Shown in pieces: positions 1-16,935 of a DNA stretch of 64,000 bases. The position numbers and the translations under genes are program-made. Source of the DNA: Octopus vulgaris. Lineage: Eukaryota. The first letter of the stretch is position 1. Each line of letters starts with the position of its first letter. The notes under the pieces are model-generated. The model was not told where the DNA came from. It saw nothing but the letters and a program-made list of their open reading frames with translations, and did not search any database. The stretch is taken from contig OX597829.1 of NCBI GenBank assembly GCA_951406725.2, positions 57,846,001-57,910,000 of the forward strand. Direction: 5' to 3'.

Positions 1-850
1 GACAAACCGAACACAGATAGGTGTTGCAAGGAGTGACCGGTGGAGCGGAAATGGCGTGAGACCGGTGTGTCGTTCGCAAGGTGGATGTCACGAAGGTGTT
101 CCGCGAACCGGTCAGCCAAGCGGCGTCCCGTTTGTCCGATGTACAAGGAATTGCAGAGAGAGCAAGAGACGCAATAGATAATATTGCTGGAGGTGCAGGT
201 GAAGGAGTGGATGATGGGATAGGGTCGATGGTGGGTGCTAGTGAGGCGGGTGGTGTTGGAGAGGTAAGGGCAAGTGCGGCAACGTGGGCGGGAGCAGGGG
301 AACGAGCCGGGTTGGGAGGTAGGGTCAGGGAAGGAGCTGTGGACCAAAAGGTCTCGAAGGTTGTGGGCTCGTTTGAAAGAGGGGAGGGGTCGGTTAGGGA
401 AGAGGTGTGAAGTGGACGGGTCGGACTGGAGATGACGGAAAGCTCGAAGAATGGTGCGTTGGAGACGTAGGGTCGTGGGGTGGTAAGTGAGGGGAAAAGG
501 GAGGCGGGAGACTACAGGGCGGGTTCGGGGAGAGAGAGCAGATACACGGTCCACGGACCGTGCTCTGGCAAGGGCGGTGTGGATAGTGGTGAGGGGGTAT
601 CCACGTAGGGTGAAGTGGTGAGCCATACGTTGAGACTGAGTCTCAAAGTCATGGTCGTCACTACAGAGCCTGCGTAGACGGAGGAATTGGGAATAGGGGA
701 TGGAAAGCTTGGTGTGTTCTGGGTGGGAGGAAGAGAAGTTGAGGTATGAGTGTGAGTCTGTGTGTTTGTAGTGAATGAAGGTGGTAAGAGTGGAGTGAAG
801 AATGCTAACCGAAATGTCGAGGAAGGAGACAGAGGTGTTGGAGATAGTGG

Positions 851-852
<2 letters not shown>
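1..852 (-). mobile_element. Penelope-like element fragment: RT C-terminus, linker and GIY-YIG endonuclease (runs off window)
   Basis: Manual minus-strand translation: [42 protein letters not shown], then [42 protein letters not shown]. The 5' truncation abuts (TA)n. Confidence 0.9.
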
Positions 853-900
<48 letters not shown>

Positions 901-972
901 TTATATACATATATATACATACATATATATACATACAAATATATATAGATAAATATACATATATGTATTTGC

Positions 973-1013
<41 letters not shown>

Positions 1014-1025
1014 TATATATATTAT

Positions 1026-1079
<54 letters not shown>

Positions 1080-1086
1080 GACAGAC

Positions 1087-1183
<97 letters not shown>
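853..1183. repeat. (TA)n and (GATA)n microsatellites
   Basis: Direct sequence. Confidence 0.98.
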
Positions 1184-1544
1184 TCTGAAATATGAAGTCT
1201 TTATCGCGGAAATGCCTGGTGTTTATATGTATTTCTGTCACGTTCTTCCTGTGTTTTTGTTACGGGGGCTTCGAGCTCGGGTGTACTGTAAGTACACAGG
1301 CGATTTTAATTCTTTAATCCCTTAAGAAGATGCCTGCCTTACATCGTAGTGGTATCTGCCAAGTCAAGGTCGCGAAGTTCGCGTAGACAATGGCGGCGCT
1401 GAACAAAGGGCCCTTTGTTGTCGACGAGAGGACAATACGACCGTTTTTCTTGCTTGACTCATGATAAACACTGCGGGATTCCGATATGTAAGTGGCACCA
1501 TTGTTCCGTGCCAGACATCAGAAAGGTTGTTTAAAAAGGACAGT

Positions 1545-1602
1545 TATATATATATATATAAATATATATGTATATTTATAAATATCTTTATACATATATA
1601 TC

Positions 1603-1633
<31 letters not shown>

Positions 1634-2024
1634 GCGCGCGTGTGTGTATATATATATGTGTATGTATGTATTTATTTATATATATATATATATATACACT
1701 TATATATATATATAAATATATAAATAAATATATATATATACACATACACATATATATATATACATATATACATATATATATATATATAGATATATATGTA
1801 TGTATATACACACAAATATATATGTATATATATATATGTATATATAATATATAATATTATAATATAATATATATTATATAATATATAATATATGTGTATA
1901 TAATATTAATTTGTCGTTAGACTGTAGCCATGCTGGAGCAATATATATATGTATATATGTATATATATACATATATATATATATATACATATATATATAT
2001 GCATATATATATATACATGTATAT

Positions 2025-2055
<31 letters not shown>

Positions 2056-2082
2056 TATATATACACACACGTACACACATGT

Positions 2083-2130
<48 letters not shown>
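1545..2130. repeat. Degenerate (TA)n tract with a small SINE tail fragment near 1915-1940
   Basis: Direct sequence. Confidence 0.9.
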
Positions 2131-2134
<4 letters not shown>

Positions 2135-2500
2135 TCTTTTATTCTTTCACTTGTTTCGGTCATTTGGCTGTGGCCATGCTGGAGCACCACCCTTATTCGA
2201 GCAAATCGACCCCAGGACTTATTCTTTGTAAGCCTAGTACTTATTCTATCGGTCTTTTTTGCAGGACCGCTAAGTTACGGAGACGTAAACATACCAGCAT
2301 CGGTTGTCAAGCGATGTTGGGTGGGACAAACACAGACACAAACAAAAACATAGACATAAACATACAGACACACACACACATATATATCCATGTCTACCAA
2401 ATCCACTCACAAGGCTTTGGTCGGCCTGAGGCTATAGTAGAAGTCACTTGCCCAAGGTGCCTCGCAGTGGGACCGAACCGGGAACTATGTGGTTTGTAGG
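2135..2500 (-). mobile_element. tRNA-derived CORE-type SINE, dominant family (SINE-A)
   Basis: Matches about 20 other copies in the window: tRNA-like head GGAGTGGCTGTGTGGTAAG..GGGTTCAGTCCC, CORE-like GCACCTTGGGCAAGTGTCTTC, internal TA/TG tract, tail ending GACTGAAACAAGTAAAAGAGT. Confidence 0.85.
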
Positions 2501-2587
2501 GCTGTTAATAGCTTCATGCTTATCTTATACTATATATAACTATACAGACAGCATTATTATTATTATCATTATTATTATTACTACTTA

Positions 2588-2678
<91 letters not shown>

Positions 2679-2687
2679 TACTCGTAA

Positions 2688-3060
2688 TCTTCATGTTTGT
2701 TACCATCGAGACATACCCAGTGTCCTAGGGCGATGAAGGATAAGAGATGTCACAATATGATTTAAAGCTTTGGGCTGGGAGCAAGTGACAGAGACAGTAG
2801 CGAAATATCTTCATGTAACATAACGCAGGCATGTAAATTGATAAGGTTTTTCTAAGGATGTGGGCAGTACTTGTCAACACAATCTTTTGGATTTCTCTGA
2901 GACATGGTTCTCCTGGGATATTATTTAGATGTTTCTGACATCCCTTTCTTATCATACCAAAAGCATCCACAATAACTGAACAGTTCTCGCTTTAAGATGC
3001 CACATCTTTTGTACTTCAATTTCCAGGTCCGTCTATTAGCTTAGGTCGCTCTGTCGGTGT
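2688..3060 (-). mobile_element. 3' fragment of an R4/Dong-like (RLE) non-LTR retrotransposon
   Basis: ORF 2725-2970 ends EIQKIVLTSTAHILRK, a typical RLE C-terminus. Flanked by (ATT/ACT)n. Confidence 0.75.
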
Positions 3061-3107
3061 ATTCGTTTGGTGTCAGTACAGGACATCCCGTGTCGAGATG
3101 GCAGTTT

Positions 3108-3145
<38 letters not shown>

Positions 3146-3162
3146 ATTATTATTATTATTAT

Positions 3163-3917
3163 TGCCTTTGCACAGCTTCTAACGCTGGAGATGTAGTACA
3201 GTGTCAGCTGTTCACTACCAGTGAACTAAGGTAACATCTCTTATTTTTCATGCACCTTCCGGAATATTCGAGTGGTTCCAATCAGTGCTGTTTTCTGCAA
3301 GTGTTCCACCCTTATTGCAGCCCCTATTTGTTCCACGTACTTCTCGAGATTTTTGCTCACTGTTCCCAGGGCTCCGACAATTATTGGTACTACTGCTACC
3401 TTTTTCATCGACCACAACTGCGTAACTTCTCAAGCTAACCTGTCATACCTATCAACTTCTCTTTCTTCCTTATTGCATACCTTCTGGTCATCTGGGCAAG
3501 CTATATCTATGATCCAGCATAGTTTGTTTTCTTTCTCAATTAACACTATGTCTGGCTTCCTATTCTCTATCTGATGGTCGCACTGAATCATAAAATCCCA
3601 GAGGATCTTTGCATTTCTATTTTCGACAATACCTTCAGGTTTGTGGTCGTACCAGTTTTTTGCTCTGTCAAGTCCATACTTGTTGCAAAGCGTCCAATGG
3701 ACAAGCCTGGCTATATTGTCGTGGCGTCTCTTATATTCCTTCTGGACTAGTGGCATACATCGGCTGGTAACATGCCATACGGTTTCACCGCTTTGTCCAC
3801 AGATTCTGCACTAATCACTTTCTGATGATTTGTCTATTCTATATTTTATGTAGTTTGTTCGTAGTGCTTGCTCTTAAGCAGCACAGTTTACAGCCTCCGT
3901 TTCCGGTTTTAAATCAC

Positions 3918-3920
<3 letters not shown>
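3163..3920 (-). mobile_element. R4/Dong-like element 3' fragment: CCHC finger and restriction-like endonuclease
   Basis: CRICG..ETVWHVTSRC, YKRRHDNIA, KPDIVLIEK..IIDIACP motifs. (ATT)n on both sides. Confidence 0.88.
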
Positions 3921-4016
<96 letters not shown>

Positions 4017-4051
4017 ATTATTGTTATTATTATTATCATCATCATCATCAT

Positions 4052-7553
<3,502 letters not shown>

Positions 7554-7559
7554 AGAGGC

Positions 7560-8130
7560 GCCAAAATTTCGTTAGCATTTCAAAAGTGTTGTATGAAAGT
7601 TACCAGCATCTGGCGAAAAAATATCCGCGTTTCAAACTTATATAAAGCCGCCTAGTGTAGCCTTTGGACGGAATAAGAATATAAGAGAATTATTGACCCC
7701 TATATCTGACTCCAACAAAAATAACATTGGCGTATTTGCACCTTGTACCTTGGAAAGCAGCCGCAAGAGAGGTAAGCCCTGTTCATTGTGCAACAACATG
7801 AGTGAAGTGAATTCCATCAGAAATCATAACAGAAATGTTATGATTTATACATTTGGTGTAAGCGGCAGAATGCACGAAACACAACTTCATTTACGTTGGT
7901 TGTACAACAGAACAATTAAACAAAAGATTTAATGGACATTGATATAAAGTCAGGCAAAATAACATTAGTTCGACAGATCTTGCTGAATATTTCAAACGGC
8001 TGCAATTTTGAAGAAGACTTGAAAGGGAATATTCTGAATCTGCTTCACTTTCACTTCTCAAAATGCATGAAGAGAAATCTGTTTGCGGGTTATTAACATC
8101 ACACCCTGGAGGAATGAATAGAATGACAGT
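7560..8130 (+). pseudogene. Decayed Penelope-like GIY-YIG endonuclease fragment
   Basis: Manual translation across frameshifts: VAFGRNKNIRELL, RGKPCSLC, AAECTKHNFIYVGCTTEQLNKRFNGH, LLTSHPGGMN. Confidence 0.7.
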
Positions 8131-8701
8131 AGAATATCATCAAATTCATACAAAACTGTTTGATTAAATACTCTTCTTTCTCTCTTTTTCTTTCCGCTTT
8201 TTGAGAGAGAGGGAGAGAGAGAGAGCAGTGTCTGCTATCAAAGTGACATTGGAATACAAATATACGAAGCCCATATACCCATCATGAATACCCGTCTGAT
8301 AAGGGTACACCAGGCACATGTATCACAACCGTATATAACCGACATGTTGATCTCATACCAAGATAAACAGCGCATGACCTTGTAGGTGGGGGCCCAGTTA
8401 GAATTTTCTTCAGGTCGAGTAGCCCATCCCACTCAAAAGGTCCCTGAAAAAAGGTTGTTTAAGGATGTTGAACGAAACACTCGTGTTTCCGAAGGTGAAT
8501 TATCCAAACCCCAAAGAATCCTTCTCAACACACGGCTATGATGCTCCCCCACTACTTCTGCTTGTGATCAGAGATGCACATATCGCCAGTCACTAAGGGA
8601 CATGCTCAACTGGTTAAGGTCAAACAACTGACAAGCAAATCTGTGGTATTGAGCAGAATATTTGCTGTAGCCCATCTTTTATACCAAGACAAAACAATGT
8701 A

Positions 8702-9257
8702 CACAGACGTGCAGGAAGTAAATAGACACCTTTAATTTTGAAAAATCATTTATTTTATATTAATTGCTTGAAGGTGGGGTTCTTCTAGCTGCTCGTCCAT
8801 AATACCCAAGCTTATGCAGATATGTAACATATGTTCTTGGGCTAACTTCTAGCAGTTTTGCAATGTCAGAAACCTTCGAATGGGGTTCGTTTTCCACAAT
8901 TCTCTTCAAACACCGAAGCTTCCTTTCCGAGGGCCCAGCTCGGCCGCGATGAGAATTTCCTTGGCTTTTGAATTGCACTATAATTCTATTAACAGTATCA
9001 AGAGCAATATGGAGGTTTTCGGCAATTTTTCGCTGGCTAAGACCAGCCTCAAATTGCTAAGACCAGCCTTTGAAAATCTGTTGTGCTGAATTTTTTGTGC
9101 GTAGCATGGTTACTCTTCGCAAACGTTTAATATAATGGTACCCAGAATAAAAAAGAATAATTACATTGTAAATTCTACACAGCTGAAAACATATTAATAC
9201 GCTTAGATCAGACATTTTGAAAATTAAAGGTATCTATTTACTTTCTGCATGTCTGTG
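8702..9257 (-). mobile_element. Internally deleted Tc1-like transposon
   Basis: About 38-bp imperfect TIRs (CACAGACGTGCAGGAAGTAAATAGACACCTTTAATTTT), TA on both sides, transposase N-terminal remnant LHKLGYYGRAARR. Confidence 0.85.
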
Positions 9258-9262
9258 TACAT

Positions 9263-9562
9263 GTGGAGGCACAATGGCCCAGTGGTTAGGGCAGCGGTCT
9301 CGCGGTCGGGGAATCGCAGTTTCGAATCCCAAACCGGACGTTGTGCGAAAATACCTAAAAGCTCCACGAGGCTCCGGCAGGGGTGGTGGCGACCCCTGTT
9401 GTACTCTTTCGCCACAACTTTCACTCTCACTTCCTATTTCTTGAGTAACGCTTCCATGGACTGGCGTCCCGCCCAGCTGGGGGGAACACATGCCCCACAG
9501 AAACCGGGAAACCGGACCCATGAGCCTGGCTAGGCTTTAAAAGGGCGACGTTTATCGTTTTT
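9263..9562 (+). mobile_element. Second tRNA-derived SINE family (SINE-B) with 14-bp TSD
   Basis: A box TGGCCCAGTGG, B-box-like GTTTCGAATCC, TSD ATGTCTGTGTACAT at 9249-9262 and 9563-9576. Further copies at 40410-40710 and 42265-42570 (minus). Confidence 0.88.
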
Positions 9563-9649
9563 ATGTCTGTGTACATCATAACATTTCCAATCAGTTAAGA
9601 TCAGGAGCCATGACAGCCAATGCCTGGTACTGCATCAGGGCTATTACTC

Positions 9650-10035
9650 TTTAACTCTTTTACTTGTTTCAGTCATTTCACTGTGGCCATGCTGGAGCAC
9701 CGCCTTTAGTCGAGCAAATCGACCCCAGGACTTATCTTTTTGTAAGCCTAGTACTTATTCTATCGGTATTTTTTGCCGAACCGCTAAGTTGCGGGGACGT
9801 AAACACACCAGCATCGGTTGTCAAGCGATGTTGGGGGGACAAACACAGACACACATACACACACATACACAGACACATATATATATACATATATACGACG
9901 GGCTTCTTTTCAGTTTCCATCAACCAAATTCACACACAAGGCTTTGGTCGGCCCAAGGTGCCACGCAGTGGGACTGAACCCGGAACTATGTGGTTCGTAA
10001 GCAAGCTACTTACCACACAGCCACTCCTACGCCTG
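9650..10035 (-). mobile_element. SINE-A, near full length
   Basis: Family alignment within the window. Confidence 0.88.
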
Positions 10036-10487
10036 TATCATCATTATTATTACTGTTAGGCATAGTCGTAAGTAACCTAGATTTTTTAAACGCCATGGTA
10101 AAACCTAACACAGTCAGTATATACTTAGAAATATACCAAAATGACCTCGGAAACGAAAGATATATCTTACAAAGTCCCCTAAGAATTTGCCTTTTCTAAA
10201 TACTATAGATGACATCTGAAACTTGCTTCCCTTATGTTTAAACGGTAATCTGATTCGATTCACGTTCAGTGGAATCTTGAATGAAAAGAAAAACGAGGGT
10301 GTATGTGTGAAATGCTAATATTTCTGGAATTCGTAGATGCTTCAACTATCAAAGAGGGGTTTCCCCGGCTGTGTGGATTATAAATAAACAGAAATATTTG
10401 TTTTATAAACAATTGCATCGTTGAAGGTGTTTATAAGCCATTTAAGAAACACACAAAAACCATTAGATTCACTTCAACATTTAAATT

Positions 10488-10535
10488 TGTCAGTGAACAG
10501 GTCGCGGTATGAAAGCGACGAAAATATTTTCACAA
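10488..10535 (+). ncRNA. Degenerate type I hammerhead-like motif with G3-C8 core, in the loop of a fold-back repeat (10395-10620)
   Basis: TTGTCA-GTGAACA-gGTCGC..GCGAC-GAAA-ATAT-TT-TCACAA. One stem I mismatch and one extra base at stem II. Confidence 0.45.
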
Positions 10536-10729
10536 ATTAAATTTAAATGTTGAAGTGAATCTAACGGTTTTTGTGTGTTTCTTAAATGGCTTATAAACAC
10601 CTTCCACGCTGCAATTGTTTTCGTTCCAGCACACGATCTCAGATCAGGTCACTTGCTATGCAAGTACATCTCCATATTTATTTTATATTTTAGCACAAAG
10701 TCTGGAATTTGTGGATTGAGTGGCGGGGT

Positions 10730-10895
10730 GGGCAGTCGACTGCATTAACCCAATGTTTCACTGATACTTAATTTATCGATCCCCAAAGGATGAAAGGTAA
10801 AGTCGCCCTCGGTGGAATTTGAACTCAGAACGTCAAGACAAACGAAATATCGCTCAGCATATCGCCCAGCTTGCTAACGAGTCTGCCAGCTCGAC
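10730..10895 (-). mobile_element. Third SINE family fragment
   Basis: Minus-strand GAGTTCAAATTCC B box and GAGCTGGCAGA..GTTAGC A-box region. Related fragments at 28820-28940. Confidence 0.6.
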
Positions 10896-10954
10896 GCGAT
10901 GTATGTATATATGTATGTATATGTACGTATGTGTGTGTATATAAATATATGTAC

Positions 10955-11050
<96 letters not shown>

Positions 11051-11051
11051 G

Positions 11052-11104
<53 letters not shown>

Positions 11105-11229
11105 ATAGATATATGTATGAATGAATGTATGTATGTATATATGTATAAGCACGTATGTGCGTATGTATATAAATATATGTACATATGTATATATATGTAT
11201 GTATATATGTACATATGTATATATATATG

Positions 11230-11277
<48 letters not shown>

Positions 11278-11279
<2 letters not shown>

Positions 11280-11576
11280 ATAGAAATATTAAAATTACTA
11301 AGTCTCTCTAAAAGAGAACAGCGGCAGCGTTCCCGGAAAATAATAGTTATCGCCATACTAATATGGCATTCTTATAAAAATAAGAATAAAGCTGTCCGCT
11401 TATTAGCTCCATGAGGCCATCGCCTTAAGTTAGCTATTTGACCTCCCTTGTTCGAAGGTTATATGGATACAGTTTGTGTATCAAATAGCTAACTTAAGGC
11501 GATGGCCTCATGGATCTAATAAGCGGACAGCTTTATTCTTATTTTTATAAGAATGCCATATTAGTATGGCGATAAC

Positions 11577-11582
<6 letters not shown>
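11278..11582. mobile_element. Fold-back fragment of the 362-bp hammerhead family (see 18053-18790), between (TA)n tracts
   Basis: 11342-11441 is inverted at 11480-11582, and the sequence is shared with 18053-18790. Confidence 0.85.
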
Positions 11583-11641
<59 letters not shown>

Positions 11642-11692
11642 GTGTAGGAAGAAATGGAGCTGAACGAAGACTTAACAAAATTCCTTTTTATT

Positions 11693-11778
11693 ATTTTCTA
11701 CATATGTTTCAAAGGCTGCAAAGTCCTTAATTCGGATTGAATAAGGAGACCATTTTGCAGCCTTCTCTTCAGGAAAAT
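11693..11778 (-). ncRNA. Type I hammerhead ribozyme
   Basis: AUUUUC-CUGAAGA-GAAGGCUGCAAA..UUUGCAGCCUUU-GAAA-CAUAUG-UA-GAAAAU. Confidence 0.85.
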
Positions 11779-12234
11779 CCAGGAACTTAATTCTCCAACA
11801 AAATGCACAGCAAGCTTTTCGACAAACGCTCACGAGGAGCCCATGGAATAAATGGCACAAACTATCTGTCAATATGCGTTGACGCCAGGCTGGGTGAAAG
11901 CAGACGAGAAGGTCCGTTGAGATAATTCAAGGTCAAAATCCGGTTAACAGAAGGGGAGTTCAGGAAAATCAAAGAGTGTGAATGTATTCTGTATGACTGG
12001 TGTTAATATTTGAATTGTTTTAAGAATACATTCACACTCTTTGATTTTCCTGTACTCCCCTTCTGTTAACCGGATTTTGACCTTGAATTATCTCAACGGA
12101 CCTTCTCGTCGGCTTTCACCCAGCCTGGCGTCAACGCATATTGACAGACAGTTTGTGCCATTTATTCCATGGGCTCCTCGTGAGCGTTTGTCGAAAAGCT
12201 TGCTGTGCATTTTGTTGGAGAATTAAGTTCCTGG

Positions 12235-12320
12235 ATTTTCCTGAAGAGAAGGCTGCAAAATGGTCTCCTTATTCAATCCGAATTAAGGACTTTGCAGCCT
12301 TTAAAACATATGTAGAAAAT
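12235..12320 (+). ncRNA. Hammerhead copy with G12>A substitution (probably inactive)
   Basis: Mirror of 11693-11778, but GAAA reads AAAA at 12303. Confidence 0.7.
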
Positions 12321-12519
12321 AATAAAAAGGAATTTTGTTAAGTCTTCGTTCAGCTCCATATCTTCCTACACTAAATATATAAAACTTCAAATTTCCGCAC
12401 TAAGGCACGGATTTTAGACCCCATGGTCGTAACCTCAACCGTGCTTTTTCTGTTGTGATTTTTGCTACCCAGGTATCGGTTATTATTTGAATAATCCGTA
12501 ATAATATAATTCATTTATC

Positions 12520-12879
<360 letters not shown>

Positions 12880-12938
<59 letters not shown>

Positions 12939-13159
12939 TGTTTGTATGCATGTATGTACGTATGTGTGTGTGTGTATATAAATATATGTACATATGTATA
13001 TGTATATATTTATATATATATGTGTGTGTGTGTGTATGTATATATGTATGTATATATATATGTATGAATGTATGTATGCATGTATGTATATATAAATCCT
13101 TAAAATCCTTAAAAGTGTTTTAGCCCGAAGGCCGCGGTCATGATGAGGCACATACATAC

Positions 13160-13192
<33 letters not shown>

Positions 13193-13194
13193 TG

Positions 13195-13225
<31 letters not shown>

Positions 13226-14035
13226 GTATGCATGTATGTATGTGTGTATGTATGTATGTATGTATGTATGTATGTATGTATGTATGTATGCATGTATGAA
13301 TGTATGTATGTATGTATCTGTGTGTGTATGTACGTATGTATGTTTGTATGTATGTTTGTGTGTATGTACGTATGTACGTATTATGTATGTATGTATGAAT
13401 GTATGTATGTATGTGTGTATGTGTGTATGTATGTATGCATGTGTGTACGTATGCGTGTATGTATATAAATATATGTACATATGCATATATATATGTATGT
13501 ATGTATGTATATGTATGTATGAATATATGTATGTATGTGTACGTATGTGTGTGTATATAAGTATATGTACATATGGATATATGTATGTATATATTTATGT
13601 GTATATATATATATGTTTGAATGTATGTATGTATGTACGTATGTATGCGTGTATGTACGTATGTTTCTGTGTGTGTATAAATATATGTACATATGCATAT
13701 ATGTGTGTGTGTGTATGTACATATATGTATGAATGTATGTATGTATATGTACGTATGTGTGTGTATGTATATAAATATATGTACATATGAATTGATATAT
13801 ATGTATATATATTGATGTATATACATATATGTTTGAATGTATGTATGTATATGAATGTATGTGTGTATATAAATATATGTACATATGTATGTATATATAT
13901 GTATCTATATATATATATATGAATATATGCATGTATGTACATATGTATGTATACATGTATATGTACGTATGTGTGCGTGTATGTATATAAATATATGTAC
14001 ATATGTATATATATATGTATATGAATGTATATATT

Positions 14036-14081
<46 letters not shown>

Positions 14082-14139
14082 TGTATGTATGTATGTATGT
14101 ATGTGTGTATGTGTGTATGTATGTATATAAATATATGTA
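12880..14139. repeat. Complex (TA)/(TATG)-derived low-complexity tract
   Basis: Recurrent motif GTACGTATGTGTGTGTATATAAATATATGTACATATG, also at 10900-11270. Confidence 0.9.
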
Positions 14140-15407
14140 CGATGGGCGTTCAGTAAGTAATGCCCCTAACCCACTTCCCATAGCAGTAGAGCAACGAAAC
14201 TTGGCACAGTTATTAGTCTTTTTCTACATAGGAACCACCCAGAGTTACGCATTTCTCCCATCGTTTGATGCAGCTCTGGAGACCGTTTTTGTAGAAGACC
14301 ACAGCTTGGTCCTCCAACCTCGATGTGACTTCAGAAAGCAAGGCTGCATCATCTGGGAAATGCTTTCCTTTCAAAAACAACTTCATGGCTGGGAAGAGGT
14401 GAAAATCAGAGGGTGCAAGGTCAGGAGAGTAGGGGGTATGGGGGAGGAGTTCATAGCCGCACGCCTGCGCTTCCGATCTGGCGACACGTGAGTTGTGGAC
14501 CAGAGCGTTGTCCTGCAGGAGGAGGATGCCTTTGCTGATCTTGACCCGCCTCTTGATTTTGATAGCTTCTCTTAATTTCCTCAAAAGTGAAGCATAATAG
14601 GCTCCTGTAATTGTGGTACCCTTTGCCAGGAAATCTGTCATCACTACTCCGTCCTGGTCCCAGAAGACTGTGAGCATGACCTTGCCTTCTTTGGAGGAGG
14701 TGAGTCACGGTGCTTCTACTGCATTGACTGGGCTTTGGTCTCTGGATCATAGAGATGGACCCAGGTTTCATCCTGTGCAATCAGTCTTTTGAAAAATTTT
14801 GACTCATCTTCTTGGCACATCTCCAAATTCATCCTCGAGCACTCGACGCGTTCTTGCTTCTGGAAAGGTGTGAGCAACCTGGGAATCCATCTGACAGACA
14901 CCTTTTGCATATGCAAATGGTCATGAATGATAGTTTCCACAGACCCGGTACTAATCTTGACCTCATGGGCTATTTGGCGAATAGTTATGCGTTGATCTTC
15001 CAAAATGGCAGCCTCAACTTGACGGACAGATGCCTCATCAATGGCAGAAGGGGGGCCACCAGATGTGGGAGCTGTTTCCACAGAGTTCCGACCATGTTTG
15101 AATTCACAATGCCAGCGTTTCACAAGGTCATATGATGGGGCATCATCACCATAAGTTATTTTCATTTCATCAAAAGTCTCCCATGGTGTGTATCCTTTCA
15201 AATACAAAAACTGGATCACTGCTCGACACTCAACAGGCTCCATTTCACACTTGACTCAGTTCAAACACCTGTAAATCAGAAACCACAATTAGTTCAGAGC
15301 TGTAATTTGCCACTTAATCTATAGAGATATAAATAATTGCACATGCAACATTTCAGCTAGATCAAACAACTGTAAGTGGGTCAGGGGCATTACTTATTGA
15401 ACCTCCG
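14140..15407 (-). mobile_element. Near full-length mariner transposon with disrupted transposase (15243 to 14213)
   Basis: WIPRLL, QDETWV, QDNA and YSPDLAPSDF motifs. Imperfect TIRs GTTCAGTAAGTAATGCCCCTAACCCACTT / AAGTGGGTCAGGGGCATTACTTATTGAAC. Stop and deletion near 14700. Confidence 0.93.
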
Positions 15408-15540
15408 TGGTAAGTAGCTTGCTTACCAACCGAGCTCAGTTCCAATGTGAGGCACCTTGGGCAAGTGTCTTCTACTATAGCCTCGGATCGACCAAAGCTT
15501 TCTGACTGGATTTGGTAGACGGAAATGAAAGAAGCCCCTC

Positions 15541-15620
<80 letters not shown>

Positions 15621-15807
15621 TAAGCAATTAAGGGTTTAGCAACGAATTGCCTTACCGCACACCGAATTTAGAAATAGCAGTCAAAGAGATTATAGCCATT
15701 TCTTCTACTAAAAGGGAGATCTCAGTAAAAACACAGCATTTGAAAGGCAAACACAAACAGGTAAGAGAGAATGAATTGACGGCAATCTATCATACAGTTT
15801 TAAGTCA

Positions 15808-15899
15808 CCTACGGACGTACGTTTCGAGATCAAGTCTTAGGAAAGCATAAGAATTAGATAATTCTACTTTACCCGTACTTCTTCTCTCATCAGCGCAGG
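15808..15899 (-). ncRNA. Type I hammerhead ribozyme (inverted copy)
   Basis: Reverse complement of 16466-16557. Confidence 0.82.
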
Positions 15900-16465
15900 A
15901 TACAAACAATCATGAATGATTGTATATTGAATTTTGAGATACTAGAAGGCACCAACTCAACTCAGTATCAGAGCGAGCTAGAAGCCACAGCTAGTATCAC
16001 CAAATTCAAAGTGTGAATGAAAAGTTTGTGTCACCAGCCCCTTCCCACCCGCGTGTAATCTCCCTTTTAGTAGAAGAAATGGCTATAATCTCTTTGACTG
16101 CTATTTCTAAATTCGGTGTGCGGTAAGGCAATTCGTTGCTAAACCCTTAATTGCTTAGTATTACTTAAATTTTCCTCGAATGAGGCTTTTACATGCCGAA
16201 GACTACTTGGTGTAATTGATAATTATTCCAAATTAATTAATTTCACCCTTCATTGTTACTGATAACCATATTCATCCCAGTAAATGACCACAGCATTTTG
16301 TCTTGGCTACACGCGGGTGGGAAGGGGCTGGTGACACAAACTTTTCATTCACACTTTGAATTTGGTGATACTAGCTGTGGCTTCTAGCTCGCTCTGATAC
16401 TGAGTTGAGTTGGTGCCTTCTAGTATCTCAAAATTCAATATACAATCATTCATGATTGTTTGTAT

Positions 16466-16557
16466 CCTGCGCTGATGAGAGAAGAAGTACGGGTAAAGTA
16501 GAATTATCTAATTCTTATGCTTTCCTAAGACTTGATCTCGAAACGTACGTCCGTAGG
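16466..16557 (+). ncRNA. Type I hammerhead ribozyme
   Basis: CCUGCG-CUGAUGA-GAGA..UCUC-GAAA-CGUACG-UC-CGUAGG. Canonical GUC site and palindromic stem III. Confidence 0.85.
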
Positions 16558-16849
16558 TGACTTAAAACTGTATGATAGATTGCCGTCAATTCATTCTCTC
16601 TTACCTGTTTGTGTTTGCCTTTCAAATGCTGTGTTTTTACTGAGATCTCCCTTTTAGTAGAAGAAATGGCTATAATCTCTTTGACTACTATTTCTAAATT
16701 CGGTGTGCGGTAAGGCAATTCGTTGCTAAACCCTTAATTGCTTAGTATTACTTAAATTTTCCTCGAATGAGGCTTTTACATGCCGAAGACTACTTGGTGT
16801 AATTGATAATTATTCCAAATTAATTAATTTCACCCTTCATTGTTACTGA

Positions 16850-16932
<83 letters not shown>

Positions 16933-16935
16933 TAT

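Larger units (their letters stand above)
8221..9641. mobile_element. Non-coding interspersed repeat (same family as 41675-42222), interrupted by a Tc1 and a SINE
   Basis: 8221-8701 plus 9577-9641 align colinearly with 41675-42222. Confidence 0.8.
15620..16853. mobile_element. 586-bp-period hammerhead element: inverted copy plus partial tandem, between (TA)n tracts
   Basis: 15620-16057 is the reverse complement of 16309-16748. 16058-16268 repeats directly at 16644-16853. Confidence 0.9.

Noticed and set aside
81-410. Plus-strand 109-aa ORF
   Set aside because: Antisense shadow of the Penelope GIY-YIG coding strand.
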